Positions 7,912-16,629 of a stretch of DNA of 64,000 nucleotides are shown here, one piece after another. The position numbers were made by a program, and so were the translations under genes. The stretch is taken from NCBI GenBank assembly GCA_005887895.1, contig VBPC01000157.1, positions 69,075 through 133,074 of the forward strand. The letters run 5' to 3'. The first letter of the stretch is position 1. Each line of letters starts with the position of its first letter. Under the pieces are notes generated by a model, which was not told the origin of the DNA, did no database searches, and was given only the letters and a program-made list of their open reading frames with translations. The DNA is from Candidatus Rokuibacteriota bacterium. Its GTDB lineage: Bacteria; Methylomirabilota; Methylomirabilia; Rokubacteriales; CSP1-6.

Positions 7912-10188
7912 TTATGGCTCGCCGAGCAGGGTCCGGGCGGCGCGAACGATGGCGGCGGCGTCGATGCCGTAGTGACGGTAGAGGTCGGGTCGGGTCCCGG
8001 ACTGGCCGAAGCTGTCGACGCCGAGCGCGAGCTGGGGGACCCCGAGGGCGCCGCCCAGGAAGGCGAGGGCGTGGGAATGGCCATCGAGGACGGAGACGAG
8101 CGGAATGTCTTCCTCGTCCGCGGTGACGAGCGTCTCCAGATAGGGCCGCGGCTCGCGCAGACCGCGGTAGAGGCGATCGGGGCTGGTGACGACGAACACG
8201 CTGGGAAAGGCGCCGCTCTCGGCCAACTGCTCGGCGGCCGCCAGCGCCTCGGTCACCATCACGCCGGTCGCGAACAGCTGCACGGCGCGCTCGGGTGTCC
8301 AGCCGAGGGCGCGCCGGCCGTCGCGGAGGCGGTAGCCGCCGGCGAGGACGGCCGCACGCTGCTCGACGGACGGCGGCAGCGCCGGACGCTGCTCGACGGG
8401 CGCTGTGCTGAGCCGCAAATACAGGCTCTCGCGGCGCTCGGCGACGGCGCGTAGCCCCGCCAGCAGGATCCACTCCACCTCCTGCGCGAAGGCGGGCTCG
8501 TAGTAGGCGAGGTCAGGCAGCGTCACGCCGATGCCGGGCGTGATCACGGACTGGTGGGCGCCCCCCTCGGGCGCCAGGCTCACGCCCGAGGGCGTCGCCA
8601 CCACGACGAAGCGGGCGCCGGCGTAGAGCGCGTGATAGAGCGCGTCGAGCCCGCGCGTGACGAACGGATCGTACAGTGTGCCGATCGGGAGCAGCGGCTG
8701 ACCCGACACCTCCGCGGTCAGCCCCAGCGCGGCCAGGAGCAGGAAGAGGTCGTGCTCGGCGATGCCCAGCTCGACGTGCTGCCCGCGCGGTCCTTCGCGC
8801 CACTTGAGCGCCTGCGGCACGTCGGCGAACGCATCGATCCGGGTGTCGGGATGGTAGATGCCCCGGCGGTTCATCCAGCCGGCCAGGTGCGTGGTCACGG
8901 CGACGTCCGCGGAGACCGTCACGATCGAATCGCCGACCGGCAGGCGACCGAGCGCGGCGAGCACGCGGCCGAACGCCTCCTGCGTCGACAGCACCTCGGC
9001 GTAGGACTCGTCGACCGTCTCGGGAACGCCCGGGGTCGGCGCCGGCGCCGGCGCGGTGAAGAGCGCCGGCAGCGCGCGAAGGTGGCGGGCCTCCGGCGTG
9101 TCGGCGGCGAACTCGGCCCACTCCTCACCGGGCCGGACACCCAGGGACGCGCGCACCGCCTCGATCTGCGCCGCGCTGGTGACCATCGTGTGGTTGAGCG
9201 GATCACCGGCGAACGGCAGCCCCCAGCCCTTGATCGTGTGCGCGAGGATCACCGTCGGTCGATCGCGCTCCTGCCCGGCCGCAGCATACGCCTCGAGGAT
9301 GAGGGCGAGGTCGTGGCCGCCGACGTCGCCGACCAGGGCCGGCAGGGCGTCGTCGGCGACGTCGGCCAGCAGCCGGTCGAGCGCCGCGTCGATGCCGCCG
9401 TCGGCGACGCCGACCAGCGCCTTGCGCAGCCCGCCCGCGGGCAGCCGCAAGAGCCGCTGATACTCGGCGATCGGCATCGTCTCGAGCCGCGCGCGCAGGC
9501 GCTCGCCGCCCGCCCGCGCGAAGCGCGCCTGCAGTCGCCGGCCCCAGCGGAGCTCGTCGACGCGCCAGCCGCCCGCCCGGAACATGTCGGCGAGCTGGCG
9601 CGGGCGCGCGTCCGGCACGACGCGGTCGAGGCTCTGGCGGTTCACGTCGACGATCCACAGCACGTTGCCGAGCCGGCGGACGAGGTCTTCGCCGAGCATC
9701 TCCCAGACGTTGCCCTCGTCGAGCTCGGCATCGCCGACCATCACGACGAATCGCTCGGGCACGGCGACGCCGCCGTGGTCGACGAGATAGCGCGTGGCGA
9801 GGCCGCCGAACGTCGCGGCGACGGCGCCGAGTCCCATCGAGCCTGTCGAGAGATCCACGACGGCCGGGTTCTTGCGGCGGCTCGGATACGCCTGCAGTCC
9901 GCCGAAAACGCGCAGCGACTTCAGATCGGCGGCGCCGAGCCGGCCGCGCAGGTACTGGATCGCGTAGAACGCCGGTGAGGCGTGGGCCTTCACCGCGACG
10001 ATGTCGGTCGGTCGCAGCGCATCGAAGTAGAGGGCGGTCAGCAGGCTCACCAGCGAGGCAGACGAGGCCTGATGCCCGCCGACCTTCAGGCCGTCGGTGG
10101 ACGGCCGGGCATTGGCGGCGTGGACCATCCAGGCCGACAGCCACAGCACACGCCGCTCGATCGCCTGCAGGACCTCGAGCCGCGTCAT
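7912..10188 (-). CDS. pyruvate dehydrogenase E1-like (homodimeric, transketolase-fold ThDP enzyme), lacking the N-terminal E2-binding extension
   Basis: AceE-like motifs: ERRVLWLSAWMVHAAN..GGHQASSASLVSLLTALYF, the ThDP motif VVMVGDAELDEGNVWE, and a transketolase-like central and C-terminal region. I preferred the ATG at 10188 over the TTG at 10362 because the codons between them are GC3-poor. Confidence 0.7.
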   Translation of the reverse strand: MTRLEVLQAIERRVLWLSAWMVHAANARPSTDGLKVGGHQASSASLVSLLTALYFDALRPTDIVAVKAHASPAFYAIQYLRGRLGAADLKSLRVFGGLQAYPSRRKNPAVVDLSTGSMGLGAVAATFGGLATRYLVDHGGVAVPERFVVMVGDAELDEGNVWEMLGEDLVRRLGNVLWIVDVNRQSLDRVVPDARPRQLADMFRAGGWRVDELRWGRRLQARFARAGGERLRARLETMPIAEYQRLLRLPAGGLRKALVGVADGGIDAALDRLLADVADDALPALVGDVGGHDLALILEAYAAAGQERDRPTVILAHTIKGWGLPFAGDPLNHTMVTSAAQIEAVRASLGVRPGEEWAEFAADTPEARHLRALPALFTAPAPAPTPGVPETVDESYAEVLSTQEAFGRVLAALGRLPVGDSIVTVSADVAVTTHLAGWMNRRGIYHPDTRIDAFADVPQALKWREGPRGQHVELGIAEHDLFLLLAALGLTAEVSGQPLLPIGTLYDPFVTRGLDALYHALYAGARFVVVATPSGVSLAPEGGAHQSVITPGIGVTLPDLAYYEPAFAQEVEWILLAGLRAVAERRESLYLRLSTAPVEQRPALPPSVEQRAAVLAGGYRLRDGRRALGWTPERAVQLFATGVMVTEALAAAEQLAESGAFPSVFVVTSPDRLYRGLREPRPYLETLVTADEEDIPLVSVLDGHSHALAFLGGALGVPQLALGVDSFGQSGTRPDLYRHYGIDAAAIVRAARTLLGEP

Positions 10189-10385
10189 GCGATCGTGTGA
10201 TCGCGCCGGGCGCGCGACGGCGGCACCGGCAGCTCCAACTCCGGAAACTCCTGCATGCTCGGAAGTATAGTCCGGCCGCTCGAGAACGGTCGTCACCGCC
10301 GTCTCGACGAGGCCGGCCCGCCCGAAGTCATCCGCTTTCGAGCGCCGGTTTTGCCGGCGCAATCCGCGTTCTGGTGGGGAGGCAC

Positions 10386-10445
10386 GGAGGAGCGCGCGCC
10401 GTCAGGCGCGCGACGACGGTCGGAAAGGGGGCAAAGCCCCCCTCC
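10386..10445 (+). repeat. degenerate relative of the double-hairpin element
   Basis: Sequence GGAGGAGCGCGCGCCGTCAGGCGCGCG..GGGGGCAAAGCCCCCCTCC. It has the same 5' GGAGGAGCGC and two-hairpin layout, and lies downstream of the GGDEF gene stop. Confidence 0.4.
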
Positions 10446-10451
10446 GAGTAT

Positions 10452-11531
10452 CTATGCGACTTCGATCGCGTTGCGGCCGAGGCGCTTGGCGAGGTAGAGC
10501 GCGCGGTCGGCGGCGGGCACCAGCTCGTCGCTGCTCAGCACGTCGTCCGGGAGGGCGGCGACGCCGACGCTCACCGTGAGCGGGCCGTGGCGGAACCGGT
10601 GGCGCTCGATGACGTCCCGGACGCGCTGAGCGTACTTCAGGGCGCCGCTCTTCGGCGTGTTGACCAGCAGCACCGCGAACTCGTCGCCGCCGTAGCGGGT
10701 GACGATCGAGAAGCTCCGCGAGTTGCTCACGATGACCTGCGCCATTTCTTTGAGCGCCTCGTCTCCGGCGCGGTGACCGAGCACGTCGTTGACGGCCTTG
10801 AGGTGGTCGATGTCGAGGAGCACCAGCGAGAGCGGCTCGGCGAAGCGCGCATGCCGCTTGGCCTCTTCCTCGGTGCGGAGCGCGAAGTACCGGCGATTGT
10901 AGACGCCGGTCAGCGGGTCCTTGAATGACAGCTCCTCGAGCCGCGCATTGCGGATGGCGACGGCCGCCTGAGAGGCCAGCGCCTGCACGAGGTTCTCGAT
11001 CTCCGGATCGAACGGCACGATCTCGCCGCCGCTGTTGCGGGCATTGATGAGCTGCAGCACGCCGATGATGTCGCGGTTCGGGTCCTGCAACGGGATCACC
11101 AGCACCGAGCCGGTCTGGTAGTGCAGGCGCACGTCGAGGTCCTGGTTGAAGACGTACGGGCGGTTCTTGGGCACACCGTACGCGTCGGGCAGGCTGATCG
11201 ACCGCCCGGTGAGCGCAACGTAGCCGGCGAGGCTCGGCTGCCTCAGGGACACCGGTTGCGCCGCGAATTGCCGCCGCATCTCGCGTTCGCCCAGGCGCTC
11301 GGCGAGGACCTCGTTCTGCGCGAACGCGAACCGCAGCACGTCGCCATCCCGGAGGAAGAGCGTGCCGGCCTCGGCGTTGGTGAAGCGCCGGGCCTCGGTC
11401 AGGATCCGCTGCAGCAGCGTCGACAGATCACGCTCGCTGGTCAGCGCGATGCCGATCCGGATGAGCTGCTTGAGGCGCTCGGTCGCGCTTCCGTTGCCGT
11501 GCGTCGTCTGATCGTTGGCTCTGTCGTTCAC
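10452..11531 (-). CDS. GAF domain-containing diguanylate cyclase
   Basis: GAF region (LLQRILTEARRFTNAEAGTLFLRDG) followed by a GGDEF domain (RYGGDEFAVLL). GTG start. Confidence 0.85.
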   Translation of the reverse strand: MNDRANDQTTHGNGSATERLKQLIRIGIALTSERDLSTLLQRILTEARRFTNAEAGTLFLRDGDVLRFAFAQNEVLAERLGEREMRRQFAAQPVSLRQPSLAGYVALTGRSISLPDAYGVPKNRPYVFNQDLDVRLHYQTGSVLVIPLQDPNRDIIGVLQLINARNSGGEIVPFDPEIENLVQALASQAAVAIRNARLEELSFKDPLTGVYNRRYFALRTEEEAKRHARFAEPLSLVLLDIDHLKAVNDVLGHRAGDEALKEMAQVIVSNSRSFSIVTRYGGDEFAVLLVNTPKSGALKYAQRVRDVIERHRFRHGPLTVSVGVAALPDDVLSSDELVPAADRALYLAKRLGRNAIEVA

Positions 11532-11545
11532 GGCATCGCCCCGGC

Positions 11546-11561
11546 TGCGAGGGACGTGCCA
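11546..11561 (-). promoter_or_regulatory. candidate sigma-54 promoter (-24/-12) for the GAF-GGDEF gene
   Basis: The minus strand reads TGGCACGTCCCTCGCA, with GG and GC 11 nt apart (consensus TGGCAC-N5-TTGCW, one mismatch). The predicted TSS lies only about 4 nt before the GTG at 11531. Confidence 0.45.
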
Positions 11562-11667
11562 CGACGCCCTTCCCCGTCCAAGCCTCGACCGAGAAAGACG
11601 TTTTCGAGCGCGACGGCGCTGTGGCCGCGCGGAAGAAAGCCGGGCGGTTCGTTACCACTTGGTTATT

Positions 11668-11696
11668 TTCTTAACGAGAGGCGTTTCGGCTACAAT
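11668..11696 (+). promoter_or_regulatory. sigma-70-like promoter of the NtrC-type gene (near-leaderless)
   Basis: TTCTTA-N17-TACAAT; the -10 box ends 9 nt before the ATG at 11706, and no RBS is present. Confidence 0.35.
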
Positions 11697-11705
11697 CGAA
11701 CGAGC

Positions 11706-13058
11706 ATGAATTCGGTCCTGGTCATCGACGACGAACGCAACATCCGCTCCCTCGTCGCGCGCGTGCTCGGTCAGGAGAACGTCGAGGTCCACACCGCCGG
11801 CACCGGCAAGGAAGGTCTGGAGCTCGCCGAGCAGGTCGGTCCCGATCTCGTGCTCGTCGACTTGCGCCTGCCGGACCTCGACGGCATCCAGGTGCTCCGC
11901 GAGTTGCGGGCCAAGCACCCGCAGACGGCGGTCATCATGATCACGGCGTTCGGCCACATCGAGAGCGTGGTCATCGCCATGAAGAACGGCGCCACCGACT
12001 ACCTGGAGAAGCCCTTCCAGCACCTCGAGAAGCTCCGCATCTCGGTCATGCGGGCGCTCGAGGAGGTGAAGGCGCGCCGCGAGATCAACCGGCTGCAGGG
12101 ACTGCAGGAAGGCAAGTACCGCACGAGCCAGATCATCGGCGAGTCGACCACGACCCGACGGCTGCGCGAGGTGATCACGCAGCTGGCGCAGAGCGAGGCC
12201 CACACCATCCTCGTGCAGGGCGAGAGCGGCACCGGCAAGGAGCTCGTCGCGCGCGGCCTGCATTTCGAGAGCGCGCGCCGGAACTCGCCGTTCATGGAGG
12301 TCAACTGCGCAGCGATCACCGAGACACTCTTCGAGAGCGAGCTGTTCGGCCACGAGAAGGGGGCGTTCACGGACGCCAAGAGCACGAAGAAGGGGCTGAT
12401 GGAGCTGGCCGACGGCGGCACGCTGTTCCTCGACGAGGTCGGCGAGATCCCGGTCGCCAGCCAGGCCAAGCTGCTGCGCTGCCTGCAGGAGCGCACGTTC
12501 AAGCGGGTGGGCGGCACGCGCGACCTCAAGGTCGACGTCCGGGTGATCGCGGCCACCAACCGGTCGCTCGAGGGCATGGTGAAGGAGGGCAAGTTCCGCG
12601 AGGATCTGTTCTATCGCCTGAACGTGATCCCGCTGACGATCCCGCCGCTGCGGGAGCGGAAGGAAGACATCCTGCCGCTGGCCCGGCACTTCCTGACCGA
12701 CGCCAACAGCACGTTTCACAAGGCGGTGAAGCGCCTGGCGACGGAGACGGAGACACTGCTGCTGGCCTATGCCTGGCCCGGCAACGTGCGCGAGCTCAAG
12801 AACCTGATCGAGCGTCTCGTCATCCTCAGTACAGCCGACACGATCGAGGCGGACCAGCTTCCGTTGCCCTTCGCCGGCGCCACCGACGGGCCCCTGGCCG
12901 AGGAGGTGTCGCGCGAGCCCCGCACGCTGGAAGCAGTCGAAAAAGCCTACATTCTCAAAGTGTTGCGCCAGGTGAACGGCAACAAGAGCGAGGCCGCGAA
13001 GATCCTCGGTATCACCCGGCAGACCCTCCGCAAGAAGCTGACTGACGCCGCGTCCTGA
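11706..13058 (+). CDS. sigma-54-dependent Fis-family response regulator (NtrC-type enhancer-binding protein)
   Basis: REC domain ([24 protein letters not shown]). AAA+ domain with Walker A GESGTGKE and the sigma-54 contact loop GAFTDA. C-terminal HTH ([16 protein letters not shown]). Confidence 0.9.
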   Translation: MNSVLVIDDERNIRSLVARVLGQENVEVHTAGTGKEGLELAEQVGPDLVLVDLRLPDLDGIQVLRELRAKHPQTAVIMITAFGHIESVVIAMKNGATDYLEKPFQHLEKLRISVMRALEEVKARREINRLQGLQEGKYRTSQIIGESTTTRRLREVITQLAQSEAHTILVQGESGTGKELVARGLHFESARRNSPFMEVNCAAITETLFESELFGHEKGAFTDAKSTKKGLMELADGGTLFLDEVGEIPVASQAKLLRCLQERTFKRVGGTRDLKVDVRVIAATNRSLEGMVKEGKFREDLFYRLNVIPLTIPPLRERKEDILPLARHFLTDANSTFHKAVKRLATETETLLLAYAWPGNVRELKNLIERLVILSTADTIEADQLPLPFAGATDGPLAEEVSREPRTLEAVEKAYILKVLRQVNGNKSEAAKILGITRQTLRKKLTDAAS

Positions 13059-13059
13059 G

Positions 13060-13096
13060 TCTGGCCGGTTTCTGGCCGGCCGGGCGTTCTGGCTGT
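13060..13096 (+). promoter_or_regulatory. three direct repeats TCTGGCCGG / TCTGGCCGG / TCTGGCTGT (candidate enhancer/UAS for P1)
   Basis: The repeats start at 13060, 13071 and 13088, which is 100-137 nt upstream of the -24 element. A related TCTGGCCCGG lies at 18618-18627, about 95 nt upstream of P2. Confidence 0.35.
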
Positions 13097-13165
13097 CCTG
13101 CACCTGGTCACTTATCGGCCGGTCAGGGCCTTCCGCCCGGCGCGGACCCCCCCAAAAATCTTTGT

Positions 13166-13178
13166 CGATCAGCTGGTT
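13166..13178 (+). promoter_or_regulatory. weaker IHF-like site upstream of P1
   Basis: GATCAGCTGGTTA has two mismatches to WATCAANNNNTTR and is preceded by ccaaaaatcttt. It sits at the same distance from the -24 element as the P2 site. Confidence 0.3.
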
Positions 13179-13195
13179 ATCGGTCACAGTCGCCT

Positions 13196-13211
13196 TTGGT
13201 ACCCCCTTTGC
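13196..13211 (+). promoter_or_regulatory. candidate sigma-54 promoter P1
   Basis: TGGTACCCCCTTTGCT, with correct GG..GC spacing, lies 60 nt upstream of the ATG at 13271. An NtrC-type activator is encoded immediately upstream. Confidence 0.6.
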
Positions 13212-13270
13212 TCACCAGCGGAGCGTTGAGAGCCGGGGAGTACCCGGTCATACCGAGGAGCCAAGCGACG

Positions 13271-15073
13271 ATGAAACTGGCCGTCAGGAAGCTGCAGATC
13301 GAGGATGCTGCGAAGCTGCAGGTGCTGGTGGCGGAGAACATCGACGCCATGGAGCCGGGATTGGTCGTCCTCGATTCCCGGCTGCTGCTCGGTCATGCCT
13401 CGATCGACGTCATCGGTCTCGACGCCAACGGCACGCTCGTGCTGATCGTCGCCGGGCTGACCGCCGACGAGGGCATGCTGCTCAAGGCCGTCGAGGCGTA
13501 CTCGTGGTGCCGCGAGTATCCCGAGTCGCTTGCGCGGCTCTATCCGAGCTGCGTGATTTCCGAGGAGCGGCCGCCGCGGCTGGTGTTCGTGGTCGAGCGG
13601 ATGCCGGATGCGTTCCAGCGCAAGATCAAGCAGCTCGGCTTCCCCGACGTCGACTGCGTGGAATTCCGCATGCTCGACGTCGACGGCGTGCCGGGCGTGT
13701 ACTTCGAGACGATCCTGAAGCTGCGGCGCACGGTGCCGGCGCCCCCGGCCCAGCCCTCCCCGCGCATTGAGACGCCGGTCGCGGATACCGGTCGGGCCGT
13801 CGGCGCAGACAACGTGATCGCGCTCAACGGTTCCGCCGCCGCCCGCGCGACGAGCCTCAAGCTGCAGAAGCTCCTCAACCAGGCGGCGGTCGACGCGCCG
13901 GTGAACGCCCTGCGGACGAGCGAGCGGCCGGCGGCGCCGGTGCGCGAGGCTGCGTCCGTCGTCAGCATCGTCAGCCGCCAGGGCGCACCCCGTCCCGAGC
14001 GCGCGCGCCCGGCGGCGGAGCCCGTCGCCCCGCGCCAGCCGCAGCCGGTGGTCGCCGCACCCGAGCCGGTCGTGCTCCGCGAACCCGAGCCGAGTGTCGT
14101 TCCCGAGCCCGCCCCGACCGTGCTCGAGCGGGCGCACCCGACGGTCGTGCGAGAGGCCGAGCCGATCGTCGTGCGGATGCCCGAGCCCAGCGTCGTCCAC
14201 GCGCCTCGGCGACTGGCGCCGGCTCGCGCACGACCGTCGGCTCTGGCACCCGATCCGGAGCTGCTCGCCCAGCTCGAGCGCGCAATCGCCGCGCTGAAGA
14301 CCGACGACAGCGCGGACGCGCCGGCGGCCGTCGCCGTCGCCGAGCCCGAGCCCGTCGCCGACGAGCCGGTGCTGGTCCTGGCGGAGGACGAGCCCCTCGT
14401 CATGCAGGCGACCGCGGCCGAGCCGGAGACCATCGTCCCCGACACGCCGGATGTGCCGGCACTGGTGCTGGAGAATCCGCTCGTCCTCGAGAATCCCCTG
14501 GCGCTCGCGGAGCCGGAGCCGGTGTCCAGCGCGCCCAAGGAGACCGAGCGCGTGAGCCTGCGCAGCCTGCCGAAGCTGAGCCCGCGCCCGCCGAAGGCCG
14601 TGGTCGCGCCGAAGGCCCAGCCCGCCCCGAAGGAGCGACTCTCCTTCAAGGACCTCGCGGCCGCCTTGCTCGGAACGACGGCGCCCGAGCCGCCCGCGCC
14701 CGCGGCGCCGGTGATCGTGGCGGCCGCTCCGATGGTCGGCGAGCCGGAGCCGCGCACGATCGACGAGCGGCTCGAGATGCTGGCGCAGATCGCCGCGTCC
14801 CGCGAGGACGCGTCCGGCGCCGAGCCGACGGCTGACGTGGCCTTGACGGTGGAGGCGCTGATCAAGAGCGTGACGCCACCGGCGCCGGCCCCCGTCGCGC
14901 CGGCGAAGGCCACCGCGGCCGCAGCGCCGCGCAAGCAGCCCGTCCTCGACGACACGGCCAAGCCGGCCGCGTCCGGACTGCCGCAGGAGTTCAAGGGGCT
15001 GAAGTTCCCGAACGACGGCGTGCTGACGCGCCAGTGGATGGAATTTCTCAGCCAGATGTCGACCACGAAGTAG
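13271..15073 (+). CDS. hypothetical protein: degenerate NucS/DUF91-like PD-(D/E)xK N-domain plus ~450 aa Pro/Ala/Glu/Val-rich low-complexity region
   Basis: A GAGGAG RBS lies 8 nt upstream of the ATG at 13271, and a sigma-54 promoter lies upstream. The N-terminal ~150 aa align by eye to the NucS C-terminal domain (E..L..LV.ENIDAMEPGL..L...L.G.IDVIGLDANGTLVLI..), but the E-x-K position reads V-A-G. The remainder is repetitive (PEPxVV, LVLENPL). Confidence 0.6.
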   Translation: MKLAVRKLQIEDAAKLQVLVAENIDAMEPGLVVLDSRLLLGHASIDVIGLDANGTLVLIVAGLTADEGMLLKAVEAYSWCREYPESLARLYPSCVISEERPPRLVFVVERMPDAFQRKIKQLGFPDVDCVEFRMLDVDGVPGVYFETILKLRRTVPAPPAQPSPRIETPVADTGRAVGADNVIALNGSAAARATSLKLQKLLNQAAVDAPVNALRTSERPAAPVREAASVVSIVSRQGAPRPERARPAAEPVAPRQPQPVVAAPEPVVLREPEPSVVPEPAPTVLERAHPTVVREAEPIVVRMPEPSVVHAPRRLAPARARPSALAPDPELLAQLERAIAALKTDDSADAPAAVAVAEPEPVADEPVLVLAEDEPLVMQATAAEPETIVPDTPDVPALVLENPLVLENPLALAEPEPVSSAPKETERVSLRSLPKLSPRPPKAVVAPKAQPAPKERLSFKDLAAALLGTTAPEPPAPAAPVIVAAAPMVGEPEPRTIDERLEMLAQIAASREDASGAEPTADVALTVEALIKSVTPPAPAPVAPAKATAAAAPRKQPVLDDTAKPAASGLPQEFKGLKFPNDGVLTRQWMEFLSQMSTTK

Positions 15074-15087
15074 TGGGAAAGGAACCC

Positions 15088-16629
15088 ATGTCTTCCCCGG
15101 TGCCGGTGGTGCCCGCTCCCGAGCCGCTACGCGTGCTCGTGGTGGATGACAACGCCTCGCTCCTGCGCTTCCTGGTGTCCGCGTTCTCCGCCAACGGCTG
15201 CACCGTCAGTCAGGCGGCCGCGGCCGAGCAGGCGCTGGCGCTGATCACGGCGGAGCCGTTCGATCTGGTGGTCTCCGACATCAAGATGCCCGGCCTCTCG
15301 GGCCTCGACCTCCTGCGCGCCGTCAAGGGCAAGCAGCCGGAGACGCCCGTCGTGCTCATCACCGGCAACCCGTCGGTGAATTCCGCCGTCTTCGGTCTGC
15401 GGCACGGCGCCTACGACTACCTGCCGAAGCCGTTCTCGATCCGCGAGATCCAGCAGCTGCTGGCCCGGATCCGCAGCGATCGGCAGAAGTGGGACGGGCA
15501 CGTGCCCTTGCCGGCCGGGCTCACCGAGGAGCTGTCGCGGCGCCAGCGCGGGGTGGAGGTCCTGTTCCGCATCGGCGACCTGGCGTTGCAGGGGCTGGAA
15601 ACCTCCGCCTTCGTGGACGAGGTCCTGCGGCTGGTGGGCGAGAGCCTCAAGAGCGACGCCGCGCTGGTGCTGCTGCGCGACGAGCACGGCGCCTTCCGCT
15701 CGAGCCAGCAGGGCGAGGCGACGCTGGTGACCCGGCTGCTGACGATGCTCCAGCGCTCCTTCGACGAGCTGGTCGCCACCGGCGGCAAGGAACTCCTGAC
15801 GCTGACGAACGCCGCCGAGCCGCTGGAGGCCATCGCGGCAGTCATTCCCGGCGTGGGGCGCTCCATGGGCGTCGTGTGCCTGGCCCGGGAGGTCGCGACC
15901 GGCGGCTTCCTGCCCGACGAGCGCGAGATGCTGCTGGGCTACGCCCAGACGACGGCCGTGGCCCTGCAGAAGCTGATCCTGCGCGAGAACGTCGAGCGCA
16001 ACCTGGTCGACACGATCACGGCGTTCGTCAACGCCATCGAGTCGAAGGACCGTTACCTCAAGGGCCACTCGTCGCGGGTGGCCCTCTACGCGGCCGAGAT
16101 CGCCCAGACCCTCGGCATGACCGCCGACATGGTCGAGGTGGTGCGGCGGGGCGCAATGCTGCATGATCTCGGCAAGCTCTCGATCATGGACACAATCCTC
16201 CGCAAGCCCGACCGGCTGACGCCCGACGAGTTCGCGATCATCAAGAGCCATCCGGCCGTCGGCGCCAAGATCCTGGAGCCGCTTCGCTTCCTGTCCCGGG
16301 AGACGTGTGCCGTGCGCCACCATCACGAGCGCTTCGACGGCACCGGGTATCCCGACGGGTTGCGCGGCGAGGACATCCCGCTGGTCGCGCGCGTGGTGAC
16401 GGTGGCCGACGTCTTCGACGCCATCACCTCGAACCGCCCGTACCGCACGGCGCTGCCGCTCGACGCCGCCCGCGAGGAGGTTGCCCGGGGATGCGGCACC
16501 CACTTCGACCCGATCGTGGCGGAGGCCTTCCTCCGGATTCCGCTGGCCAAGCTGGAAGAGATCACTCGCGACTACGAAACACTGACGAACGGCGCGGCGG
16601 GCGTGCCGGCCCTGGCCCAGGCGAATTGA
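15088..16629 (+). CDS. response regulator with GAF and HD-GYP domains (c-di-GMP phosphodiesterase type)
   Basis: REC domain (VLVVDDN..LVVSDIKMPGLSG..PKPF) and a central GAF-like region. The HD-GYP domain carries KGHSSRVALYA, MLHDLGK and HHERFDGTGYPDG. Confidence 0.85.
   Translation: MSSPVPVVPAPEPLRVLVVDDNASLLRFLVSAFSANGCTVSQAAAAEQALALITAEPFDLVVSDIKMPGLSGLDLLRAVKGKQPETPVVLITGNPSVNSAVFGLRHGAYDYLPKPFSIREIQQLLARIRSDRQKWDGHVPLPAGLTEELSRRQRGVEVLFRIGDLALQGLETSAFVDEVLRLVGESLKSDAALVLLRDEHGAFRSSQQGEATLVTRLLTMLQRSFDELVATGGKELLTLTNAAEPLEAIAAVIPGVGRSMGVVCLAREVATGGFLPDEREMLLGYAQTTAVALQKLILRENVERNLVDTITAFVNAIESKDRYLKGHSSRVALYAAEIAQTLGMTADMVEVVRRGAMLHDLGKLSIMDTILRKPDRLTPDEFAIIKSHPAVGAKILEPLRFLSRETCAVRHHHERFDGTGYPDGLRGEDIPLVARVVTVADVFDAITSNRPYRTALPLDAAREEVARGCGTHFDPIVAEAFLRIPLAKLEEITRDYETLTNGAAGVPALAQAN

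Noticed and set aside
5252-7972. Very long track ORFs, such as 5252-7972 (+, 906 aa). Others are 769-2304, 20592-22856, 26714-29122, 41453-44023, 46266-48827 and 36743-38041.
   Set aside because: Their translations are Arg/Ala/Gly/Pro-rich with no motifs. They lie antisense or out of frame to ORFs with unambiguous family signatures. This is the expected artefact of ~70% GC DNA, where stop codons are rare in all six frames.
11659-11664. GGTTAT hexamer shared by three promoter regions (11661, 13174 and 18695) as a novel regulatory motif.
   Set aside because: In P1 and P2 it is explained as the TTR end of IHF-like sites. About 8 chance occurrences are expected in 128 kb of this composition, so the third copy is not significant on its own.
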